64,000 nt of DNA from a virus (lineage: Duplodnaviria > Heunggongvirae > Uroviricota > Caudoviricetes). The notes under the pieces are model-generated. The model did not search any database and was not told the origin of the DNA. It saw only the letters and a list, made by a program, of their open reading frames with translations. Where the stretch lies: the IMG/VR virus record IMGVR_UViG_3300031555_002904, one strand, 5' to 3'. Positions 56,783 through 64,000 of this stretch are shown here, piece after piece. Made by a program: the position numbers and the translations under genes. Positions within the stretch are counted from its first letter, which is position 1, and every line of letters begins with the position of its first letter.

Positions 56783-57973
56783 ATGTTTCAGCGGAATAAT
56801 ATGAAAACTGAACGCATTTTTGTTAAAGTGCGTGATTTGTGCGCCGGCTATGTAAATAATTCCGATACCAATGAAGAGCGTGGCGTTTATGCCTATGGCG
56901 GTAAATTGTGTGTCCGTCCAGAATTCCAGCGTTCTTTCGTATATAACCGTGAACAGGCCAATGCAGTAATTGATACTGCATTGGCAAATCTCCCTCTCAG
57001 CATTATGTATTGGGTAGATAACGAAGATGGTACTTATGATTGTCTCGATGGTCAGCAAAGAACTATCAGTTTGTGTGATTTTATTTCTGGTGATACAACT
57101 CAGACCAGTTTTAAAGCAAACTGGTTGAGAAATGGCAAAGAAACATATTTTGACATCCTTGAACAGTATGATCCAGATTTAGCTGAAGCATTGCTTGATT
57201 ATGAAATTGAGGTTTATCTGTGCAAAGGCACCAAGAGAGAGCGGTTAGATTGGTTTAATCGTATCAATATCGCTGGTGCACAATTGTCTGCACAAGAAAT
57301 CCGCAATGCCAATCACACTAGCGTGTGGCTAACAGACGCTAAGAGATATTTTAGTCGAGCAAGTAAAAATGGTTCCTGCCCTGCAGAGGTTTTGTTTAAG
57401 AAATACAGTAAAAAAGATGCAAACCGACAAGAGCTTTTGGAGCAAGTAATCTATTGGCGAGTCAATGATAAGAGTGATGAAGCAATTTGCGCGTACATGG
57501 AACAGCATATGAATGATGCAGATGCTTCTGATTTGTGGAATTATTTCAATGAAGTAGTTGCATGGACTAAAGCCAATTTTGAATATTATGATGACGGCTT
57601 TAAAACTGTTGAATGGGGCTGGCTATATAACAAGTACAAAGATGAGGAGTTAGATCCCAGCGAAATTGCTGATCTACTCAAGGAATTATTCAGCGCTAAG
57701 CTTGCTAAGGAATTGACCTGTACGAAAGCTGCTATCGTTGAGTATTGTATTACTAAAAATGAGCAGTTACTGACACATCGTAAATTTACTGATAGTCAGC
57801 GTAAATTACTCTACAATAGACAAAACGGTATTTGTCCCGATTGCGGGCAGTCATTTGCTATGGCTGATATGCATGCTCATCATATTCAGTCTTGGCGTCA
57901 AGGTGGCACTACTGAGCTTGCAAATGGAGTAATGCTTTGTACTGAATGTCATCATCATCGACACGGCACTTAA
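56783..57973 (+). CDS. DUF262 (GmrS/ParB-like) plus C-terminal HNH nuclease
   Basis: RPEFQRSFVY, LDGQQRTISL, FNRIN..G..L; CPDC..HAHH..GG...LCTECH. Confidence 0.85.
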   Translation: MFQRNNMKTERIFVKVRDLCAGYVNNSDTNEERGVYAYGGKLCVRPEFQRSFVYNREQANAVIDTALANLPLSIMYWVDNEDGTYDCLDGQQRTISLCDFISGDTTQTSFKANWLRNGKETYFDILEQYDPDLAEALLDYEIEVYLCKGTKRERLDWFNRINIAGAQLSAQEIRNANHTSVWLTDAKRYFSRASKNGSCPAEVLFKKYSKKDANRQELLEQVIYWRVNDKSDEAICAYMEQHMNDADASDLWNYFNEVVAWTKANFEYYDDGFKTVEWGWLYNKYKDEELDPSEIADLLKELFSAKLAKELTCTKAAIVEYCITKNEQLLTHRKFTDSQRKLLYNRQNGICPDCGQSFAMADMHAHHIQSWRQGGTTELANGVMLCTECHHHRHGT

Positions 57974-58147
57974 TCGCGGCCGCCCAGGTTGTCCGAGCGG
58001 ATGGCCTGGGTCCCGCTCAAACTATCATATTTGATTTTTTCAAAAAAATATGATATAATATATATGTAAGGTAAATGAGAAAGAAATCACCTACAAAATA
58101 ATTCCTCTTGTCCAAGAGGAAACAATGAGAAAAAGGAGAAATTTGCT

Positions 58148-59098
58148 ATGAGTAATGCATTTCTGAATGGAATGAAGACTGCTACCAACTACACTCTGAC
58201 TGAGAATGGTGCAGTTACCCACAAGTCTACTATGAATGCTCTGCTGGATCTCTTCGCCATGGGTGCGGCCTACCGTACTCGTTCTGACGAGGATGTTATC
58301 CTGCTGTTCAAGAACGCCTTCGCCGAGGATCCTACCTATGCGCTGAAGTGTCTGTTCTACATCCGTGACGTGCGTGGTGGCCAGGGTGAGCGTCGTTTCT
58401 TCCGTGTTGCGACCAAGTGGCTGGCTTCCTACAATACCGACGCTATGCAGCGCAACCTGATTCACGTTCCTGAGTTCGGTCGCTGGGATGACCTGTTCGT
58501 GTTCATCGGTACTCCTCTGGAGACCCAGGCTCTGAACATCGTTAAGCACCAGCTGGCTCTGGACGTCCAGTGTAAGACTCCCTCTCTGCTGGGTAAGTGG
58601 ATGCCTTCCGAGAACACCAGCTCTGCTAAGACTCGTAAGACTGCCGCAAAGGTTCGTGCCTTTATGGGTATGACTCCCAAGCAGTATCGTAAGACTCTGT
58701 CTGTTCTGCGTGCCCGCATCAACGTCCTGGAGCGTCTGATGTCTGAGGGTCGTTGGGATGAAATCGAGTTCGACAAGATTCCTTCCAAGGCAGGTCTAAA
58801 GTATAAGAACGCCTTTGCTCGTCATGACATTGAGCGTATGAAGCGCAATCCCGAGGTTAAGACTTATGCGGATTTCGCAAAGGATACTACTACCAAGGTT
58901 AATGCCAAGGACCTGTATCCTTATGAGGTTGTTGACAAGGCAACCCGTTGCTTCCATGCCGAGGACATTGGAGTTGGCAACATTTCCTATGTGTCTGGTA
59001 TGTCTCCTTCCATCTTCGAGCAGATTATGTCCGGCAAGACTGGTCTGGATTTGATGTTTGAGAAGCTGGACTCCCCTCGTTATGAGTGTATCCGCTAA
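58148..59098 (+). CDS. DUF2828 (TROVE/Ro60-like) protein, apparently lacking most of the vWA region
   Basis: TENGA..ST..LLDLF, FYIRDVRGGQGERRFF, EFGRWDDL, SLLGKWMPSE, YRKTLS.LR, LYPYEVV; C-terminal VSG.SPSIF. Confidence 0.82.
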   Translation: MSNAFLNGMKTATNYTLTENGAVTHKSTMNALLDLFAMGAAYRTRSDEDVILLFKNAFAEDPTYALKCLFYIRDVRGGQGERRFFRVATKWLASYNTDAMQRNLIHVPEFGRWDDLFVFIGTPLETQALNIVKHQLALDVQCKTPSLLGKWMPSENTSSAKTRKTAAKVRAFMGMTPKQYRKTLSVLRARINVLERLMSEGRWDEIEFDKIPSKAGLKYKNAFARHDIERMKRNPEVKTYADFAKDTTTKVNAKDLYPYEVVDKATRCFHAEDIGVGNISYVSGMSPSIFEQIMSGKTGLDLMFEKLDSPRYECIR

Positions 59099-59177
59099 TT
59101 GAAAATGCGGCGGCACTGATAAAGTATTTACTCCAGCTGAGTTTAATGCTGCTAAAGACTCTACCACAAGCAGTTAT

Positions 59178-59399
59178 ATGTTTAATAAACTTTATGAGTT
59201 TGGCTATCTGGTTAAGCCTGCTCGTGGTAAATATGCCTTGAATATGGATAAAGTCAATTATATGACTGAAATGTATGAAAAGGCACAGGCTGGTAAAAAG
59301 GCTCGTTATGATGCCTTTATCAAAGAATGTGAAACCTATAATGAGAATGCTCGTATCTTTAACAGTAATCTCATTAAGAGTCGCCAACCTAAGCAGTGA
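59178..59399 (+). CDS. hypothetical protein
   Basis: ORF followed by terminator near 59460-59495. Confidence 0.45.
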   Translation: MFNKLYEFGYLVKPARGKYALNMDKVNYMTEMYEKAQAGKKARYDAFIKECETYNENARIFNSNLIKSRQPKQ

Positions 59400-59670
59400 T
59401 GACCTGATGATGGAGAGGCTGAACAGCGAGCGCTACGCCGTTATTCACTAATCGGTCTCTTTTCCCTTCCGAGAAATCGGGAGGGATTTTTTTTTGCTCA
59501 TTTATAAGAGCAATAGACCTGCTCCGGCCGGCCTCAGTCGAAAGGGCCGAAAACCCAAAACTAAAAATGGCCTAACTAATTTTTAATTGTAAATGGGCAT
59601 ATATAATCAATTTTATTATTTTATTTTTCAACATTAAAAGGAATAATAGTTCTTGGAAAGGAGAATTTTT

Positions 59671-59901
59671 ATGTTATTATATGACAACAATCCAGAAGTA
59701 ATTTACCGAGCGGAATCACTAGATGGAGATGTAACACTTGGATTTTTATCATTTTACCCTCCTCGCAAAAACATTCTAGATTATTAGGTTATATTGTCTA
59801 TGCCAATACCAGATATTTCTTTAGAACAAAAAGAAATTTTAGCAAAGGACATGATTGATTTTATTGTTAATGCAGACAATTATATTAAGGCAGACTCTTA
59901 A
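59671..59901 (+). CDS. hypothetical protein (1 in-frame TAG=Gln at 59785)
   Basis: AAGGAG RBS; MLLYDNNPEV...ILDY*VILSMPIPDISLEQKE...; terminator overlaps TAA. Confidence 0.55.
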
Positions 59902-59978
59902 TGAGTCTGCCTTTTTTTTGTTTATTGATTTTTTATAAAAAATATGATATAATATATATACAAAGAATAGAAAGGAAG

Positions 59979-60329
59979 ATGGTTATGAAAAGAGGAGTCC
60001 TGTGTAAGCATTGTGTTCCTTATGAGGATAGCAATAAAATTTATTGTAAACTGAAAAAGTGCGATGTTGAAGGATACAAGTGCGATAAGGGTCACTGTTC
60101 CGACCATTCTTTCGAGCCTGCCGCAATGGTAGTAATCGGCGTTGGCCGATGCGACGAATGTCCTTGTGTTAAGGAAACTCGCACTCCAAGAGCTGGATTC
60201 GCTTTTGATTACTACTGTAATGCCTGTCAGACTTCCAATGGACCTCGCAAAATCACTGGATACATTGAGTATGATAGCGAAATGCCTCCCGTGCCCGATT
60301 GGTGTCCTTTTAAGATTCGGGAGGAATAA
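59979..60329 (+). CDS. Cys-rich hypothetical protein
   Basis: several CxxC, PDWCP end motif. Confidence 0.6.
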   Translation: MVMKRGVLCKHCVPYEDSNKIYCKLKKCDVEGYKCDKGHCSDHSFEPAAMVVIGVGRCDECPCVKETRTPRAGFAFDYYCNACQTSNGPRKITGYIEYDSEMPPVPDWCPFKIREE

Positions 60330-60431
60330 TGGGAGACTTTGTGATTTGTTCTCAATGTGTCTATTGGGAAGACTGTGAAATGAAAGAAAGCCGAGACGGC
60401 TGTTATTTTGGAGAAACGGAGGATAATCTCA

Positions 60432-60791
60432 ATGAAGATTTGGATGGATGATGTGCGTCCCGCACCGGCCGGATATATTCGAGTTTATGACGTTGATGGC
60501 GCCATCTGCGAGATTATCCGCTGTAAAAAAGAAACTGACTTCCTCTGGAAGCAGTATATCATGGGTTATATGGAGCGAGAGCTGTTTGAAAAGTGCTTCG
60601 CAGTTTTCAATATCGAAGAAGTTTCTTGCGACAATGACCTAGGCGAAGGTATTCCCGAAGGTTATAAGCTCTTGGACTGGCTGGAAGCTACTGGTCACAA
60701 TGTTCCTATTCGTATTCATTCTGCTAATCCTGTGGCAAGACAGAGAATGCAGGCAATTATTCAGCGAAATGGCTGGACGGAGGTAAAGTAA
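60432..60791 (+). CDS. cyclic-phosphate-processing receiver-domain protein
   Basis: MKIWMDDVRPAP...SCDNDLG...GYKLLDWL...IHSANPV.RQRM. Confidence 0.78.
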   Translation: MKIWMDDVRPAPAGYIRVYDVDGAICEIIRCKKETDFLWKQYIMGYMERELFEKCFAVFNIEEVSCDNDLGEGIPEGYKLLDWLEATGHNVPIRIHSANPVARQRMQAIIQRNGWTEVK

Positions 60792-60792
60792 T

Positions 60793-61098
60793 ATGAAATG
60801 GGAATATCATGACTATCGACCCGAAGGCTTTGAATGTTGGTCTGCCATTTGGGGCAAACCTACTAATAGGAATAAATGTGAAATTTCTGTCGCCAAAATT
60901 GGTGAAAATAGATACACTGTTTGGTGGTATGATAGAGGCTTTACCGATATTAAAGTTCATATTAATGCTGAAGATTTTGAAGCTGCTAAGAAGCGAGCTG
61001 TTGAAATCGTTCGGCAAACGTTAACGAAAAGAGCCAATTATTGGCAACTAATGTTAGATAAATATAATCAATGGGTGGAGGAAACAACTGATGCTTAA
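60793..61098 (+). CDS. hypothetical protein
   Basis: GGAGG RBS. Confidence 0.6.
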   Translation: MKWEYHDYRPEGFECWSAIWGKPTNRNKCEISVAKIGENRYTVWWYDRGFTDIKVHINAEDFEAAKKRAVEIVRQTLTKRANYWQLMLDKYNQWVEETTDA

Positions 61099-61372
61099 TA
61101 CAAATGTTCATGTTGGCGGTAGCCATTTTAACTATCATGTAAATGCGGTCAGCGGTACGCTCCGCAAATCCCACCCCAAGAGCAAAATGATTATCCGCAA
61201 TCTTGATGCTAATAGTTCTCTATTTGATGATGAGCCTAAGCTATTCATTAATAGATACTGTGTTAAAGATGTTGTCATTTTACAGACTATGCTTTGTGGA
61301 GATAATAAAGTATTAGTTGAGTATGTACTCAAAGAAGATTTTGAGGAAGGATGGGGAGAACCTAATGCCTAA
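61091..61372 (+). CDS. hypothetical protein
   Basis: GGAGG RBS. Confidence 0.6.
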   Translation: MLNTNVHVGGSHFNYHVNAVSGTLRKSHPKSKMIIRNLDANSSLFDDEPKLFINRYCVKDVVILQTMLCGDNKVLVEYVLKEDFEEGWGEPNA

Positions 61373-61721
61373 GCAATATGCTTTTGAAATTTGGCGTGCG
61401 GGCAAAAAGCCCTGTACTTATTATAATATTTGTGCCGACGATGAAGCGGCTAAAACTTGGATTACTGTCCAAGGTAAGCTGTGGGGATTTGGTGAGCTGG
61501 GTTTGGATTGGGAAATTAAATCTATAACTTCTCGTCTTTTAAGCCAGGTTTATGACCATGATGGTGATAAAGCTGGCTATCTGTGTGAGCTTGTAGAAGA
61601 AATTTTTGCAAGAGAAACTTCTAATAACTGTCCTAACACTGCATTCCGTGGACTAAGCTACATTGACCTGTGCGAAGCTGCCATTGAAATTCTTGAAGCT
61701 CTGGAAAGGAGATATAGGTAA
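61365..61721 (+). CDS. hypothetical protein
   Basis: GGAG RBS, overlap. Confidence 0.6.
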   Translation: MPKQYAFEIWRAGKKPCTYYNICADDEAAKTWITVQGKLWGFGELGLDWEIKSITSRLLSQVYDHDGDKAGYLCELVEEIFARETSNNCPNTAFRGLSYIDLCEAAIEILEALERRYR

Positions 61722-62053
61722 TGGAAACTCCCAAATCATATAAAGAACTTTATGCGGAGCTGGAACATTCTACGAATTTAGTTATCCTTAACTATGCGAT
61801 TGATAGGCTCGCACAGAATAAAGAAGAAAAAATTAACCTACGAGATTGGCTCCATGGTTCGTATATTTCTCCTGCTAAAGTCGTTGACTATTTAGAAGAA
61901 ATGCACTGGGAGCGTTATGATATGGATGAAAATGGCTGGCAACAGGATACCTGGATGAAGTTTGAAAGCCCCATTTGTTCATTTGAAATTACGCTCTTTT
62001 ACTCTGGATATTATGGAGATTTGGAACTATATCGTTCCGATATTGATGATTAA
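61721..62053 (+). CDS. hypothetical protein
   Basis: coupled. Confidence 0.6.
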   Translation: METPKSYKELYAELEHSTNLVILNYAIDRLAQNKEEKINLRDWLHGSYISPAKVVDYLEEMHWERYDMDENGWQQDTWMKFESPICSFEITLFYSGYYGDLELYRSDIDD

Positions 62054-62071
62054 AGAAAGGAGGGGGTCGCA

Positions 62072-62959
62072 ATGACCAAAGATTATCCTGAAATTGAAAA
62101 AGCATTCGCGGATTTGGCTGCAAAAACTTATATCGCAAGTCCTAAAGAAATCCGTGCGGCCCTTATTATGAAGCGAGTACAAGACCACTATGATGAAGCA
62201 CTTCAGTATTTTCCAGAAGAGCAAATCGTAGGTGTGTTCTTACAGGGTAGTCAGAATTATGAGCTGGACTATGAGGGTTCTGACGTTGATACCAAATTGA
62301 TTGTAGTTCCGAGTTTCAAGGACATTTGCTTGAACAAGAAACCCGTTTCTACTACTCATGTCCGAGCAAATGATGAGCATACTGACTGGAAAGATATCCG
62401 TCTGTATATGGAAACTTTCCGCAAACAGAACCTCAACTTCCTTGAGATTCTGTTTACTGATTTCTATATCATCAACCCGATGTATAGGGAACAGTGGGAC
62501 CGACTAGTTGCGGCCCGTGAATTCATCGCTCGTATGAACGTCCATCGTGCGGTTAAATCTATGAAGGGTATTGCGATGGAGAAATATCACGCAATGGAAC
62601 ATAGATACCCCGCAAAAGTTGATATCATCGACAAATATGGCTATGATGGTAAGCAAGTATCTCATTTGGATAGAGTAGATGACTACTTGGAGAGATATAT
62701 CGCTGGTGAGGCTTACAAGGATTGCTTAATCCCTACTAGCAGCCGTAGACCCAGAATGATGGATTTCAAAATGCTGAGCGTGTACTCTCTTGAGGAAGCT
62801 CGAGTGCTTGCGAAAGAAATCTTAGACCATGTTGTTGAAATCGCAGATGAGTTCTGCGCGGCTCACCCTGACCAAGAAGAAGCTTGGGTTCGTGAGCTTT
62901 TGGAGGACGTTTCTTACAACATCATGCGTATTTCTGTAGAAAAGGAGCTAAAAGTATGA
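62072..62959 (+). CDS. Pol-beta superfamily nucleotidyltransferase (YcgL/RlaP-like)
   Basis: FLQGSQNY.L...SDVDTK...D...KQNLNFLEIL...YDGKQVSH. Confidence 0.8.
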   Translation: MTKDYPEIEKAFADLAAKTYIASPKEIRAALIMKRVQDHYDEALQYFPEEQIVGVFLQGSQNYELDYEGSDVDTKLIVVPSFKDICLNKKPVSTTHVRANDEHTDWKDIRLYMETFRKQNLNFLEILFTDFYIINPMYREQWDRLVAAREFIARMNVHRAVKSMKGIAMEKYHAMEHRYPAKVDIIDKYGYDGKQVSHLDRVDDYLERYIAGEAYKDCLIPTSSRRPRMMDFKMLSVYSLEEARVLAKEILDHVVEIADEFCAAHPDQEEAWVRELLEDVSYNIMRISVEKELKV

Positions 62960-63381
62960 AGTGTCCATTAAAAAGTTGGGAACACTCTCAGTTTGTAGAG
63001 TGTTAGGGGAGGTCCTGTGCTTTTGCGGACGAAACCGGTGATTGCCTTGTGCGGCAGGCCCTTCAGTGTTATGTAAGTGCTGAGCGCACTCGTGTAGCAG
63101 AAGAAACGGAACGAATTCGCAGAGAAACTCAACTAGCACAAACCTATTGGGCAATCAAGAAAGATGGAACAAGAAGTCCTATCCAATTCTTAAAAGATGG
63201 AGATATGACTCCTTATGTTCCGCCTGTAAATGTAGAGCCTGACCCAGATTTTCCAAAAATTGATATGTATGATGAGCCTGTGCCTGGTGGCATACGATGG
63301 GCGCACCAACCTGCAACTGAAAAATACCCACATGGCGGTTGGTTTGAAGATTTAAGTAATATGAGAAGGGAGCCTGAATAA
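62956..63381 (+). CDS. hypothetical protein (1 in-frame TAG=Gln at 63004)
   Basis: coupled ATGA start; MKCPLKSWEHSQFVEC*GRSCAFADETGDCLV joins the 63049 ORF in frame. Confidence 0.65.
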
Positions 63382-63445
63382 GGCTCCCTTTTTTGATTTT
63401 TATAAAAAAATATGTTATAATATATATAGAAAAGTGGAAAGGAGA

Positions 63446-64000
63446 ATGATGATGATTAAAAAGTGGATTATCACTGGTGATACTCACGGTGGAGTCAGCA
63501 CCATCACTCGGATTAGCAATATTAAACGGAATAACCCCGGTTTTGAAGATGGTGAACTCGGAGTCATCATTCTAGGTGACGCTGGTCTAAACTTCTATCT
63601 GAACAAAACTGACAAGAAGCATAAGAAAATGCTTAACAATATGGGTGTTAAGATTTACTGCGTTCGGGGCAATCATGAACAGCGGCCCGAACTTATCCCC
63701 GGAATGCACCTTGAAAACGATTTCCAAGTTGGTAATATGACTTGGATGGAAGAAGAATTTCCCAATATTCGGTATTTTGCCGATGGTGGCAATTATGTCA
63801 TCGACGGTCATCCTACTCTAGTCATCGGCGGAGCTTATTCTGTTGATAAGTATTGGCGGCTCATTCGGGCCGAATACTCTGCGACTGATGGGGCTATTGC
63901 AGACCCTAAGAAATGCGGCTGGTTTAAAGATGAGTGTCTAACCCAAGAGGAAATGACTGCCATCCAGGAGAGTAATGTTGGCAAGAAGTTTGACCTTGTG
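63446..64000 (+). CDS. calcineurin-like metallophosphoesterase (partial, runs off window)
   Basis: ITGDTHG, ILGDAG, VRGNHE, IGGAYSVDK. Confidence 0.85.
   Translation, partial: MMMIKKWIITGDTHGGVSTITRISNIKRNNPGFEDGELGVIILGDAGLNFYLNKTDKKHKKMLNNMGVKIYCVRGNHEQRPELIPGMHLENDFQVGNMTWMEEEFPNIRYFADGGNYVIDGHPTLVIGGAYSVDKYWRLIRAEYSATDGAIADPKKCGWFKDECLTQEEMTAIQESNVGKKFDLV

Overview
This looks like a 64-kb segment of a large lytic phage genome, probably infecting a gut Bacillota/Clostridia host (inferred from sigma-A promoters, strong SD sites and AbrB/SpoVT- and HPr-like genes). Layout: (1) 1-14.4 kb, an early/host-takeover-like array of small genes, nearly each behind a consensus TTGACA-N17-TATAAT promoter, with an interspersed GC-hairpin repeat; (2) 15.5-17.5 kb, a minus-strand replication-initiator-like module with iteron-like repeats; (3) 17.7-35.2 kb, hypothetical genes behind a near-invariant TTGATTTTTATAAAAAAATATGATATAAT promoter; (4) 35.3-55.3 kb, an RNA island with about 39 intact tRNAs, two amber-suppressor tRNA(CUA), homing-endonuclease-like genes, two candidate very large ncRNAs and many tRNA-like RNAs; (5) 55.5-64 kb, an EcoRI-family methyltransferase, a DUF262-HNH protein and an RNA-repair-type cluster (DUF2828/TROVE-like, cyclic-phosphate receiver, Pol-beta nucleotidyltransferase, metallophosphoesterase). 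Thirteen in-frame TAG codons in 8 genes read sensibly as Gln, indicating genetic code 15. The most novel signal is a family of 14 RNAs whose ends pair into a stem followed by a conserved ACAGCAA bulge. They enclose circularly permuted, intact or degenerate tRNA modules in a Y-RNA/YrlA-like topology and lie near a TROVE/Ro-like DUF2828 gene. A tRNA-Lys gene is also split by an endonuclease ORF with no room for a group I intron core. All family assignments come from motif recognition by eye; no database search was run.
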